Origin: Haliotis rufescens
Lineage: Eukaryota
Direction: 5' to 3'
Assembly (NCBI RefSeq): GCF_023055435.1
Contig: NW_025964235.1
Location: 930,001-994,000, forward strand
DNA: 64,000 nt
A program made the position numbers and the translations under genes. Numbering within the stretch: the stretch's first letter is position 1; each line of letters opens with the position of its first letter. Of this stretch, positions 1 through 11,849 are shown one piece after another. The notes beneath the pieces were generated by a model. It saw only the letters and a program-made list of their open reading frames with translations, ran no database searches and was not told where the DNA came from.

Positions 1-149
1 CTGCTTGTTTACTTTCCTGGTGTAAATGTCACATGACCTCGTCCAAATTTAAAACTATGGAAACAAGTATAAAGGGTCATTTCTTATAGAAAACTTAATG
101 CTTGTTGAGAACTTCTGTCTTTGTAGTTTTTATGACATGAAAGATAAAG

Positions 150-347
150 CTTGTCGTATGAGGCGACTAACGGGATCGGGTGGTCAGGCTCGCCGACTTG
201 GTTGACGCATGTCATCGTATCCCAAATTGCGTGGATCGATGCTTATGATGTCATCACTGGTTTGTCTGGTCCAGACTCGATTATTTACAGACCGCCATCA
301 TATAGCTGGAATATTGCTGAGTGCGGCGTAAAACAACAAACAAACAA
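150..347 (+). mobile_element. SINE family 2, 5'-truncated
   Basis: Core gaggcgactaacgggatcgggtggtcaggctcg..gacttggttgac..tctggtccagactcgattatttacagaccgcc with (aaac)n tail; recurs at 3760, 22462, 23140 and 62718. Confidence 0.8.
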
Positions 348-456
348 GACAAACAATTCTTGCACATTACAAGCTGGAAATATCCTGATAGGCCACATCT
401 GGAGACAATGTCAATATAGGCCAATGTTTTTATCTGTTTCAGTATTTTACAGATGG

Positions 457-2376
457 TTATTTCCTTTGGATATCATACACACATACACGATCCTTTCCCG
501 CAACACATAGCAGACCCTTGTCAGTAGTAACAAGGCACTTGGGGTTTTTCAAGCCGTCAGATGTGGTTCTGTACTGTAGAACACTCTCACCACTTTTATT
601 GTACGCACGCAGACCTCCCCAGATATAGTCAGCTACAAATATTGTTCCATCCTCTACCACACAAGTGCCATTTGGTTTCCAGCCAGGACTAGAGCCCCGC
701 CATCTTAATCTTCCTTTGGCGGATAAAATGGTGACACTCCCGCTTCCCCATTCACTGAGGATGATGTCCGCTGACGGACTGAGCGACAGAGCCGCAAGGG
801 GAAAATGTACCTGAAAGTAAACAAATGTTCGCTGAGTTCCATCCAAATTATAGAGATAAAGTCCTTTCACTCCAGGAATATTTCCCACAACATACCCAAC
901 TCTCTCAGAAGCAGCAAGGCAATATGTGAAGCATTGACTTTCATCGGGTTTCTCTTTATCAACTTGGATCTTCTCCTTTAGACACCCAGATGCTGTTATC
1001 AACCAAAGACAGTTTCCACTGATGGCTCGTATCTCATCCCCAGCAGCAGAAACAGCAAATGGATTAAATCCCTCAAAGATGATTTCTCGCTGTAAGTCAC
1101 CACGAGTGTTCAGGACTTTAAGCTTCTTGTTGGCTCTATCTGAGAGTATCAGTCCGATCCTAGAGCTGTAGGTCATATCTTTGATGTCAGGTTTTTTCAT
1201 ATCATGTTTTGACTTCCCACTGAAGACACTTCTCAGTGCAGGTGTGGTGTATATGCTCTTCTGGGAAGTTCCATGAGTTAACACAACATCCGATGATTTG
1301 CCACCTTTTGGGGAACTTATCTGAGAAACAACTTGACAGTGCTTTTCTTGCTCAACCTGGTTTGGTCTAATCCCAGGCAGCAGGCTCTGTATTGTCTGTA
1401 GTCTCTCTATGATCACTGTTTCCAGCATCACCACTTCATAGTCCTTGCCCTTCTCTAGGATGCGCCCACAGAAGTCAACACAACTGCTTGCCACAGCTTT
1501 CTGGCACACAACCTTCTCCAACTTGCTCTCCTGTTCCTTTACTGCAAATTTCCAGTCATCATTAACTTTTTTCAATAACTCACATTTTCTGGCATTTATT
1601 ACAGCAATTTCTTGTTGAGCGTTATCTTCAATTAAACGTTTCTTTGCTTCCTTTTTCGCTTTGCCTGCTTTTACCAAGGACAATATATTCTGCTCTTGAA
1701 CCTTTATTGTTGTCATGTCTTCTCTAATGGTTTCCACCAAACACTTCATTGTTGATTGGAGCTGGTGTGCAGCTTCAGCTATTGGTTGAATGGTATGACC
1801 CTTGTGACCAATTACAACACATGATATGCAGGCCGGCTGACAGCACGATTGACAAAGGTACACCACATCTTTTTCCTTGTGGTGCTGGCAGGGAATCCTC
1901 TGCAACTGTCTAAGTTTTGCGTCATATTTCCCTTGTCTGATTTCTATCAGAGGTACTGTCTGGTGGTGGAGTGTTAGAGAGGAAGCAGTGTGCCCACCAG
2001 AACAGGAGGAACAGAGGTAATCTCCACAGTGTAGACATCTCCTTAATGCTGGTGAGACACTGTTATGTAGACCACATGGTGTGCATTCATCCTTCTTCAC
2101 TGCCTTAAATTCGACCAGCCGTGTGAGTCCACTGATAAAGACATTTTGGTTGAGGCAACTTGTCTCTTCTGGAAAGGGTTCCCGACACTGGGGGCAGAGT
2201 GCAGGGCTGTTGCCAGACTGACATGATTCCATACAGGTGGATATGCACTTGAAACAGAACGTATGCAGGCAAGGTAGGATTCTGGGATCTTTGAACACCT
2301 CGAGGCAGACACCACAAGTCAGAAAATCATCTCGATGTGTATTGACGACCGATTGATCTGGTACTGAGGCTGCCAT
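457..2376 (-). CDS. TRIM-family E3 ubiquitin ligase (RING-Bbox1-Bbox2-coiled coil-NHL-like propeller), paralog 1, 639 aa, single coding exon
   Basis: C3HC4 RING (CGVC..LPCLHTFCFKC..CPQC), B-box1 (CTPC..CLHC..CSSC..H..H), B-box2 (CQHH..CQSC..CISC..H..H), K/E/Q-rich coiled coil, C-terminal repeats such as SDRANKKLKV and PNGTCVVEDGTIFVADY. Kozak context ACCATGG; splice acceptor 5 nt upstream of the ATG. Confidence 0.93.
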   Translation of the reverse strand: MAASVPDQSVVNTHRDDFLTCGVCLEVFKDPRILPCLHTFCFKCISTCMESCQSGNSPALCPQCREPFPEETSCLNQNVFISGLTRLVEFKAVKKDECTPCGLHNSVSPALRRCLHCGDYLCSSCSGGHTASSLTLHHQTVPLIEIRQGKYDAKLRQLQRIPCQHHKEKDVVYLCQSCCQPACISCVVIGHKGHTIQPIAEAAHQLQSTMKCLVETIREDMTTIKVQEQNILSLVKAGKAKKEAKKRLIEDNAQQEIAVINARKCELLKKVNDDWKFAVKEQESKLEKVVCQKAVASSCVDFCGRILEKGKDYEVVMLETVIIERLQTIQSLLPGIRPNQVEQEKHCQVVSQISSPKGGKSSDVVLTHGTSQKSIYTTPALRSVFSGKSKHDMKKPDIKDMTYSSRIGLILSDRANKKLKVLNTRGDLQREIIFEGFNPFAVSAAGDEIRAISGNCLWLITASGCLKEKIQVDKEKPDESQCFTYCLAASERVGYVVGNIPGVKGLYLYNLDGTQRTFVYFQVHFPLAALSLSPSADIILSEWGSGSVTILSAKGRLRWRGSSPGWKPNGTCVVEDGTIFVADYIWGGLRAYNKSGESVLQYRTTSDGLKNPKCLVTTDKGLLCVAGKDRVCVYDIQRK

Positions 2377-2426
2377 GGTAGCTTAAAATACAAACAAAGC
2401 ACATTGAACCATTTTACATCTACTTT

Positions 2427-2600
2427 GAGAGTGAGTGAGTGCGTTGGATTTAATGCCGCTTTTAACAGTATTCCAGTTATATCACGGCGTGTCAGCTTAA
2501 TCTGGGATGAAATCCCGAAGTGATGCGGTCTCAAACGTTTACGACTTCGGTGAAACCCACGAGCACGGTAATGGTGCTGACAAACCTAGAAACATAATCG
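2427..2600 (-). mobile_element. 5'-truncated copy of the X/Y SINE family
   Basis: (gagt)n tail followed by ttaatgccgcttttaacagtattccagttatatcacggcgtgtcagcttaat...gacaaacctagaaacataatcg, matching 25575-25745. Confidence 0.85.
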
Positions 2601-2684
2601 CCACGTTATGTGCACTATTTGTACACTACAGTGTTTTCGGGACGACCACCTTCGTATAACGTGGCGGATCTTTACACATTCAAT

Positions 2685-2835
2685 AGAGGTTATCACGCGA
2701 GTGTGTTTGGGGATGGTACATATCCTGCATTATGAATAAACATTGTACTTGGCGAGCCTTGGCGAGCTAAATACAGTGTTTATTCCTAATACAAGGACAT
2801 GTACCATCCCCAAATACACAAGCGTGATAACCTCT
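2685..2835. mobile_element. Imperfect palindrome (MITE-like foldback), ~63-bp arms
   Basis: agaggttatcacgcgagtgtgtttggggatggtacat.. versus ..atgtaccatccccaaatacacaagcgtgataacctct; the loop contains cttggcgagc twice. Confidence 0.75.
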
Positions 2836-3759
2836 TTATCATATTATGTCATTCTTTAATTCTGTGCTTGAAAATCGCTTTCCCTCTCTCACAAACATTA
2901 CCGAAACATTGCAGGTGCACATTAATATTTATTACGTCACAGGGTAAGTGATGTGTTAGTCGGACAGTGGCCAATATAGTTCAAACTGAAATTTGGTTCT
3001 TTTTCAGTTGCGAAGCAACATATACGCAAAACAACAATTGTTTTCACTTGCCTCTCGCGGCAATCCAACGGTCTGTCCGCTAGAGTAACTGCCCTTTGTC
3101 AAAGGGAAGCTTCTCTAACCCTAGTCTATACGACGTCACGGTCACGTTCAGACGTTGTTGACAGTCGGCCTGTCCTGTCATAACTTTACGAAGTGCAGTC
3201 AGATGTACACACAGCGACAAAACGAGACAAGGTAACAATTCAAACATATTTCGGCCAAATACAACTATTTTAATTTGTGGAAAAGGTTCCAAGCCACAGA
3301 GGTATACAAGCACATAAAGAAGTCCCAACTTGACCTTTGATATTTGCATCTCTATCCGCATATGACCCCAACGGATATCGTTTTTATCCGTTGGCTTTAT
3401 CCTGCGGAGAAACCTACCCATTATATGATATGTCATTGATAATAAGTAATATCTGCCCAAAACAGAGTCGATTGTACGATTCTGGCTACATCATGAGTAT
3501 ATGTATATGAATCACTATCAAATAGTGATGATACCAGGTGTCCGCTACAAGATGAAAGTATCCTGCCCTAACGGTGGCACCCGTCACAAACACCTGCAAA
3601 GGCAAATCAATTGTTCACCTGAAAAAGCACGGGAACAAATGTTAGAAGTCAAATCATGGATTTGCATAAGACATCATTTTTGTAAATGATACGTCACATT
3701 TAGAAATATTTTCAAAGGTTTACTAAGGTTTTGGATGTTGATCAAACAACTATTCTATG

Positions 3760-3925
3760 AATGGTGGATCGGGTGGTCAGGCTTGTTGACTTGGTTGATG
3801 AATGTCATAGTTTGCATAGATCGATGCACATGGTGTCAATCCCTGGATTGTCTAGTCCAAACTATTATTTACAGACCGCCGTCATATAACTGGAATATTG
3901 ATGAGTGCGAAACAAACAAACAAAC
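3760..3925 (+). mobile_element. SINE family 2 copy
   Basis: ggatcgggtggtcaggct..tttacagaccgccgtcatata..(aaac)n. Confidence 0.75.
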
Positions 3926-5717
3926 TTTGGCCTTACATCAGTAAAGTAAGTGATTCAGGCCGATCATGTGATTGTGCAGCACACAACGATTCTTCTCTAT
4001 TTGGCCTACTTCTCTTTCAGCTCGGTCTCGGTACATACGACGATATAGAATTGTGTAATTAATACTTGAGTACAAAGGCTGACAGGGCGCGGTTAGGTTG
4101 ACACCACAGTATCAGTTGTCCCAATCTGATTCACTGTATCAGCCTTATACACCTGCTATCTCAAGGCGATTATTCCTGGAACGAGTGGACCAATGAAACT
4201 GAAGCTATCATAAATGATACATTATAGTGCAGGGTGATTTGTACTTTCGTTGGCATTTTCTCTCAAGTTGGAGTGTTAGATGAAAGGCCTGGTATGTATC
4301 ATGGAACTGTTCTGGGTGAACAATACCTTCCAAATGACGTGCTGGTTTTCTTGGGGAATTAGTCAGCAAAGAGCCAGAGTCACAGGAGACTAATCACAAT
4401 TTTATTTACAAGAACAATTAACAATTTTCAATATACTTAGATAATAACTGTGCCACAGAGAGTCAGTAGACACTCTCGGGTGCGGGAGAGAGGTCTGCTT
4501 GGTTAGAGAGTCAAACCCCTACTCTGCTAAAACTGAGCTACAGTATGTATTTAACAAAGATTTGAACAATAAAAAGGAATAGGATTGGTTGATACACGAT
4601 TGGTTGTGCCCTATGCTAAATGGATGGCTAGACAGAGAGGAATACTTAATCCTGTTAATCCTGTTGGACTGGCACTAATCTGTTTGACATATTTACTGGA
4701 TGCTTTGGAAAGAGATTATGGTGTCACTATAGACGAGGTTGTGTTGGGGCTAATCCTTAATGCACTATAAACAAGCTTGTATGGGGGCTAATCCTTAATG
4801 CACTAAAGACGAGCTTGTATGGGGGCTAATCCTTAATGAGTCTAAATTGCTGAATGTTATTCTAATATAGGTGATGACAGATTTACTTAAATAAAATAGT
4901 TCAAGGTAATCTGTTAGACTATGTAGACATATCTTTTGTCTGGAAGATGGGATCTTGATACCTTAGGCTAGCATTTATCTAAAAGCATCTAATCTATTAA
5001 ACTATGTAGACGTAACTCTTGTCTTATTGAATAGTATGTCTAGATGCGCTCCCATTACCTTAGGCTAGCATCTATCTAAAAAGCTATAACTGAAACTACT
5101 GATATTTTATATATACATTTTACCTGATGATAAATATTACTTGCTAAACTATAATTATATGAAATGATGTATAAATATTACACCATGATAACTCATAAAA
5201 GCACTTGATGTGGATCTAATTATTATAGGATAACTTAGTATAAATGTTATCCCATTATATATGTCTCGGCCTTTTTTAAATTTCGACTTTGAAAATTTCA
5301 CCTGTGCGCTTTTATGAGAACTTGAGACCAAAGGCTCCATCAGCAGTAAATATAAGAAGTCAATGCCGGAGAATATCAGTCTTGATTATCCGGCGAAGCA
5401 GGTTCGATTGGGCTCCAAGCAAAATAGAGGTGATAATTGTATGAATGGATACCATATATCCTGACCCTACACGATGGCTTCAACAAATAGAGACACAAGA
5501 TGGTACTAACTATTGATTCATATGATGTCATACAAAGAATCACGTAGTTTGCATAAGAACAGCACGTGAAATAGCAATAAAAATTGTTGCTCAAAAGCGA
5601 AGAAATAATCTTAGTATTTTAATGGTGTTATCAGATATTTTCTTCTCATTGTTCAGTTGTTCATATGTATGAGATGAACCGGAAGGAAAAGCATCGTCAT
5701 CATATTGCCACCATGTG

Positions 5718-5948
5718 TACTGTAACGTGAAGCTAACTTTGTGTAACGTGAGGTTCAGTATGTGTAACGTGAAGAGTGTTATGTGCAATGTCAAATCTGT
5801 GTAACGTGGAGTGACGTATGTGTAACGTGAAGAGTGTTATGTGCAATGTCAAATCTGTGTAACGTGGAGTGACGTATGTGTAACGTGAAGAGTGTTATGT
5901 GCAATGTCAAATCTGTGTAACGTGGAGTGACGTATGTGTAACGTGAAG
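5718..5948. repeat. 58-bp tandem repeat, ~3 copies, built on tgtaacgtg
   Basis: tgtaacgtgaagagtgttatgtgcaatgtcaaatctgtgtaacgtggagtgacgtatg repeated. Confidence 0.9.
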
Positions 5949-6214
5949 CAAGTCCACGTGACGTGAGATGTGCATGGAACTGTGCATGTAGTGATGTGGT
6001 ATCCTCACTATTTGATAGTGATTCATACCGAGTGAGTGGTGCTCACAAGCTTAGAAATCCAGTTTTTGGGACCAGATTGGGAAAGTGTCTTCCATAACGA
6101 AATGAACGCCTTAGGGCTATTGGCATACTTCAAACTGGTAGAACTGGTATCACTATGTTCAATGTTCTCAGTCTGTGAATTGCACACTTTTGGGTAGGCT
6201 TCTTCAGACACAGA

Positions 6215-6720
6215 AGGTCAAAGATGGGCCTCGCAAAGGCGTCTTAAGTCAACATCACAAGTCCAGGATCGATTATTCACAAACCATGCTTCAAGAATCG
6301 AGCCCAAACAGCCAGTTAAATCACTGTTCACTTGCGCCAGGCCACCAGAGTTACTAAACGGACGATTAGAAATCGCCTTCATGCAGCTAATCTGCATGCT
6401 CCGTGACCACATGTTGAACCACCACCAACACTATATGATCACTGTGACTGCCAGAACGCTACTGCATGTTGTTCGCGGAAGGGTCAATGGACAGTACTAA
6501 CGAGACAACACACTGGCGCTAGTCCGGATCCGTGTTTGTTCTTTCAAGCTGATAACATCATTTAGTTCACTTAACTGGCCACCTGGCATTACTAGAATGC
6601 AATGGCCTGAACTTTCCCCCATGGAGCACGTCTGGGACTTGATCGGGAGGCGTATGCGCCGACGGCAAAGGCCACATACTAGCTTAGCGGAACCTTGGCC
6701 AGTAGACAAGACCCCATCAA
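6215..6720 (+). pseudogene. Decayed Tc1/mariner transposase
   Basis: Fragments translate to VVRGRVNGQY*RDNTL, FFQADN and ELSPMEHVWDLIGRR, matching Tc1 'FQQDNA' and 'SPDLNPIEHVWD'; frameshifts and stops. Confidence 0.75.
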
Positions 6721-7084
6721 ATTGTCACTGGTAGATTGAATCGGACCGTGCCACGCATTTTAAAGCATTTTTGTACCAATCGTTTGGACATGAGTCACCT
6801 CAAACGTTCACTGTTTTACTGCACACCCCTGTCGTCTTCCTTGGTTGTTTGCATCCTTACACTACACCGTCATGTTCTGCTGATTGTCATGTTACACCTA
6901 GCCCTTCCGTTTTCTTATCCATTCATTTCCATCACTCGATATTTCTTTGTATTTCTGTAATCTTCTGTTATTTTCGAATATCCCTTACCTTTCGGGAGAG
7001 TACATATTCTACAATTACACATTTTAAATATCTTTCTTCCCTTGCAACCACTTGAAACACATATCAGAGATACAGCAACAAGAT

Positions 7085-9043
7085 TCATATTCGATAAACA
7101 TTCACAATTCCCTTCTTATCACTAACAAACAGGAGCCCATCTTCATCAACAGCTACATAAGATGGATTCATTAAGCCATCACACGCAGTGCTGTGATCTA
7201 TAGTGTTTGTACCATCAGGGCTGTAGACGCACACACCACCCCAGTCATAATCCGCTACAAAAATAGTTCCATGAGTAGAGACACAGTTTCCATTTGGGTT
7301 CCAACCAGATTCATATTTCTCACTCCGCCATTTGTCAAGACCTTCCTTAGACAGTAATCTCAGACTGCCACTTCCCCATTCACTGATGACTACGTCCCCT
7401 GCTGGAGTGACTGAGAGAGATGCGAGGGGAGGTCTCGTGCGGCAGTTGACGTACCTGGTGAAGGTGCCGTCCAGGCCATACAGCCGGAGTCTGTTGTCAC
7501 CAGGAGTATTACCAACCACGAATCCCACGTGTTCTGCTGCAGCGAGACTGTAAGTGAAGGGAAGACTTTCATATGTTTTATTTTTATTCAACTGTATTCT
7601 GGTCTTCATTCTACCTTCTGATGTGAAGATGAGTAGGAAATTCTCACTGACAGATCCAATGATGTTACCGGCAACAGCAACATCAAATGGTTCAAACATG
7701 TCACACGTGATTTCTCGACGTAATTCCCCATTGGAATTGAAGACTTTTATTTTTTTATTGGCTAAGTCTGACAGGACAAGTCCAATATTTAAACCATATG
7801 CCATTCCTTTGATGTCAGGCATCTTCAAATCAGATTTATTTCTTGTATTAAACTTTCTCTGAAATTTGAGCACGCTCTTTTTTGCAGTGCCTTTCGATTC
7901 AAGTTGACCACGAACAGCAGTTTGAGAATTATGATTGCCATCATGCGTCTCTTCTGACTTCAGGTAACTGGTTACTTGTTTGTTCGTGTAAGCCTCATCA
8001 TTTTCGACCATCCTGTCATCCTGTTGAAGAATGTTCTCAGAAAGCAACCTTTGGTCTTTAAGTTGTTGCAGCCTCCTAGTCACCATGGGTTCCATCATCA
8101 TCAACTCAGCATCTTTGGCCTTCTCCAGGATGTGGTCACAGAAGTCCACGCAGCTGCCCATCACACCCTTCTGTTGCAACACTTTCTGCAGCATGGTTTC
8201 CTGTTCCTTCTGGTCAGCTTCCATTTCATCTGTCAGCTTTTTCAATGAAACACTTTTCCTTGAATGTACTTCGTCAATCTCACGTTTTGCATTTTGTTTA
8301 ATAAGTCGTTCCTTTATTTCTTTCTTCGATTCGAGATCATTGTTCAAAGATAACAGTTCATTTTCTTGTTTTGAAATCTCCTGAAAATCTTCATGAACAG
8401 CTTGAACCTTTTCCTTAATCACGGACCTAATGCACTGTACAGCTTCTGCGATCGGCTGCATGCGGTGGTCCCTGTGGCTGATCAGAACACAGGATATACA
8501 ATGAGGCTGAGAGCAGGTTTGACAGAAGTATTCCACATGCTTGTCCTGGTGCTGCTGGCACATGACTTTCTGCAACTCTCTGAGCCTTGTATCGTGTTTT
8601 CCTTCTTGTAGGTCGACGAGAGTAACAATCTGGTGTCCCAGTGTTTGCGAGGAAGCATTGTGACCTAGAGAGCAAGCTGAACAAAGGAAATCGCCACAGT
8701 CGAGACATTTTCTCTCTGCTCTGGAGGTTTTGTCACGCAGACTGCAAGGGGTGCATTTACACACTGTGGAAGTTCTACATTTCACTAACTCTGTGAGGCC
8801 ATTAATAAAATAGTTGCTTTTTGCAAAACCGTTTTCTTCAGGAAAGGGTTCACGGCACTCTGGACAGAGCAGGGGTCTGTGAGAAGACTTCAAAGATTTA
8901 GTATGGATGCATAGGCACTTGAAACAAAAAGTATGGAGGCAAGGCAGGATTCTGGGATCTGTGAACACCTCGAGGCAGATACCACAGGTCAGGAAGTCAT
9001 CTTGCAGAGAATCAGTCACTGACTGACATGGTAATGCAGCCAT
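7085..9043 (-). CDS. TRIM-family E3 ligase paralog 2, 652 aa from MAALPCQ (ORF-track start at 9082 probably intronic)
   Basis: Same domain order and motifs (DFLTCGICLEVFTDPRILPCLHTFC; SEWGSGS; GTIFVADYDWGG). The ATG at 9043 aligns with the starts of the other paralogs and follows ttattttcAG|agatc. Confidence 0.92.
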   Translation of the reverse strand: MAALPCQSVTDSLQDDFLTCGICLEVFTDPRILPCLHTFCFKCLCIHTKSLKSSHRPLLCPECREPFPEENGFAKSNYFINGLTELVKCRTSTVCKCTPCSLRDKTSRAERKCLDCGDFLCSACSLGHNASSQTLGHQIVTLVDLQEGKHDTRLRELQKVMCQQHQDKHVEYFCQTCSQPHCISCVLISHRDHRMQPIAEAVQCIRSVIKEKVQAVHEDFQEISKQENELLSLNNDLESKKEIKERLIKQNAKREIDEVHSRKSVSLKKLTDEMEADQKEQETMLQKVLQQKGVMGSCVDFCDHILEKAKDAELMMMEPMVTRRLQQLKDQRLLSENILQQDDRMVENDEAYTNKQVTSYLKSEETHDGNHNSQTAVRGQLESKGTAKKSVLKFQRKFNTRNKSDLKMPDIKGMAYGLNIGLVLSDLANKKIKVFNSNGELRREITCDMFEPFDVAVAGNIIGSVSENFLLIFTSEGRMKTRIQLNKNKTYESLPFTYSLAAAEHVGFVVGNTPGDNRLRLYGLDGTFTRYVNCRTRPPLASLSVTPAGDVVISEWGSGSLRLLSKEGLDKWRSEKYESGWNPNGNCVSTHGTIFVADYDWGGVCVYSPDGTNTIDHSTACDGLMNPSYVAVDEDGLLFVSDKKGIVNVYRI

Positions 9044-9404
9044 GATCTCTGAAAATAAGGAACGTTCCTGAAGAACATGCAACAGTATATTTTTGTATAT
9101 TTATATTGAACAAAAAGTTCAAATGTGAAATGTCTTTGCAGTTTGACCCTTGACACGTCTTTGTCCATGCCAACATGCATGCTTTCAAAGAAAACCTGAC
9201 ACAGTAAATAACAGCACAATAATGTGTATTAAGGAAAGCATTTGTCACTTAACGTGGTGACCATAGATATCGTTACACCACTATCTGTAAAAGGTCAGGA
9301 CAATTTGTCAAAATTGAAAGCGAATGTCACTTTGAATTAAGTGAGAAAACAAAATGTGAAATGATGGACTTTTGAAATTTTGGGACATGACATTTAGACA
9401 AGAA

Positions 9405-9660
9405 TTACCCATCCCCATGGGCACCAATCCTGCTCCCCTCCTTACTATTTCTTTATGCAAATGAGAAATTCAGGTATATCAATTCTTCTTTATTCCGAGC
9501 AATATTCCAGCTTTTTGAGGTATAGTGAAGCATGCTCCTTCTACGAAGATTCCAAATAGAGTAATATGACTTATCAAAAGTTGTTTGATCAGGGTTACAT
9601 CATTCAAGGCCTGATTAAGGCTTTCAAAAGTGTTACAGTAGACATGTGGAAGACATTGAC
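9405..9660 (+). pseudogene. Decayed Penelope-like reverse transcriptase fragment
   Basis: IPMGTNPAPLL..FLYANEKFRY..SNIPA..QGY resembles PLE RT motifs GIPMGTNCAP and FRYIDD. Confidence 0.65.
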
Positions 9661-10254
9661 CCATCAGTGGGGACGGATTCATTAATATATGCTCATGATT
9701 CATTTGGAATCGTACGTCGACTTTGCTTTTGGCAAATATTCCATATTCCATATATTCCTCTAAAGTTATGGCATCAAGTACTGATTAATAAAGACATGTT
9801 CACTGCACATACAGTGGGCTCAGTGAGCTAAACTATAAGCTACGCACAACGCATGCTACTCATTTACAGCAGCCCACAGAAATCAAAACTGTTATATTTT
9901 TCAGCCCTAGAACACCTTTCATAAATGAACCTTTTGACACAGTCTAGTAGACTTTGACTAAATACTAATATTCCCCATCGAACATGTAATTGGTAGCTTA
10001 TGAAACTCCAGTGACAGCTGACCTCAGTGAGTTAAAGTACTGGTCACATAATGGTCTACATATGGCTTAAAGGATCGTATGAATGTAAATTGAAGACGTC
10101 AACGCCGGAGAATATCTGTGTAATCACATTCCATTTTGGGTAAAAGGGAAATTCAGGTTCAGAAGTAAAAGGCAGACTAGGTAACAGAATGAAAGAAATG
10201 TGGCTGTAAGCATGTACAAAGTCAAAGGTTGTGGGGTCTTTCACCAGCTCTTAC

Positions 10255-11490
10255 AAGCATGGCATATTTAGGACCTATCCTGCCCAGGAATTACCACGGG
10301 GAGTTAAGCATGGCGTATTGGGGACCTATCCTGCCAAGGAGCTCCCACGGGGAGCTAAGCATGGCGTATTGGGGACCTATCCTGCCCAGGAGCTCCCACG
10401 GGGAGCTAAGCATGGCGTATTGGGGACCTATCCTTCCCAGGAATTCCCACGGGGAGCTAAGCATGGCGTATTGGGGACCTATCCTGCCCAGGAGCTCCCA
10501 CGGGGAGCTAAGCATGGCGTATTGGGGACCTATCCTGCCCAGGAGCTCCCACGGGGAGCTAAGCATGGCGTATTGGGGACCTATCCTGCCCAGGAATTCC
10601 CACGGGGAGCTAAGCATGGCGTATTGGGGACCTATCCTGCCCAGGAGCTCCCACGGGGAGCTAAGCATGGCGTATTGGGGACCTATCCTGCCCAGGAGCT
10701 CCCACGGGGAGCTAAGCATGGCGTATTGGGGACCTATCCTGCCCAGGAATTCCCACGGGGAGCTAAGCATGGCGTACAGGGGACCTATCCTGCCCAGGAG
10801 CTCCCACGGGGAGTTAAGCATGGCGTATTGGGGACCTATCCTGCCCAGGATCTCCCACGGGGAGCTAAGCATGGCGTATTGGGGACCTATCCTGCCCAGG
10901 AATTCCCACGGGGAGCTAAGCATGGCGTATTGGGGACCTATCCTGCCCAGGAGCTCCCACGGGGAGCTAAGCATGGCGTATTGGGGACCTATCCTGCCCA
11001 GGAATTCCCACGGGGAGCTAAGCATGGCGTATTGGGGACCTATCCTGCCCAGGAGCTCCCACGGGGAGCTAAGCATGGCGTATTGGGGACCTATCCTGCC
11101 CAGGAGCTCCCACGGGGAGCTAAGCATGGCGTATTGGGGACCTATCCTGCCAAGACGCTCCCACGGGGAGCTAAGCATGGCGTATTGGGGACCTATCCTG
11201 CCCAGGAGCTCCCACGGGGAGCTAAGCATGGCGTATTGGGGACCTATCCTGCCAAGGAGCTCCCACGGGGAGCTAAGCATGGCGTATTGGGGACCTATCC
11301 TGCCAAGGAGCTCCCACGGGGAGCTAAGCATGGCGTATTGGGGACCTATCCTGCCAAGAAACTCCCACGGTGAGCTAAGCATGGCGGATTGGGGACCTAT
11401 CCTGTGCAGGAATCCCCAAAGTGAGACATGGATGGCGTGTTGGGAACCTGTCCTGCTCATCAATCCGCAAAGGGAGACACGCATGGGATT
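10255..11490. repeat. 51-bp minisatellite, ~22 regular copies plus ~2 diverged
   Basis: Unit aagcatggcgtattggggacctatcctgcccaggagctcccacggggagct; internal hairpin AGCTCCC-acg-GGGAGCT. Confidence 0.97.
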
Positions 11491-11689
11491 CTGTGGACTT
11501 TGAACCACGCACGTCAAGTTTCTTAAGAAGAATTTGTGTTACAGAAACAGACATATCTGATGTAATCAAGAGTCTCCATGTAAACAAGACACGTGGGACA
11601 CAAATTATTAATATGTATTACAGATTCAATCAGCAAACCATTTTGTCTATTGTTTAGTAAATCAGTGTCAACTGGTCTGTATGCTCCAT

Positions 11690-11842
11690 GTGGAAAGAGG
11701 CCATTGTAATGTCACTTAACAAGAAAGGTAACAGAACGCTTGCGTCTAACTATCGTCCAGTGTCGCTAATTGTTTGCACGATAATTGAAAAAGTAGTTTT
11801 AAAGTATATGTCCAATTACTTTCTTGATATGAGATAACTTAA
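11690..11842 (+). pseudogene. CR1/L2-type LINE ORF2 fragment (N-terminal RT)
   Basis: WKEAIVMSLNKKGNRTLASNYRPVSL..IEKVV. Confidence 0.8.
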
Positions 11843-11849
11843 AGGATAA

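Noticed and set aside
9044-9082. N-terminal extension MHVLQERSLFSEI of paralog 2
   Set aside because: Not ATG-initiated at 9082, spans the conserved splice acceptor and is absent from the other paralogs.
10229-11517. CRISPR-like array or 380-424 aa repeat proteins
   Set aside because: Units are contiguous with no unique spacers and no cas genes; ORFs are open in several frames on both strands because the 51-bp period is a multiple of 3.
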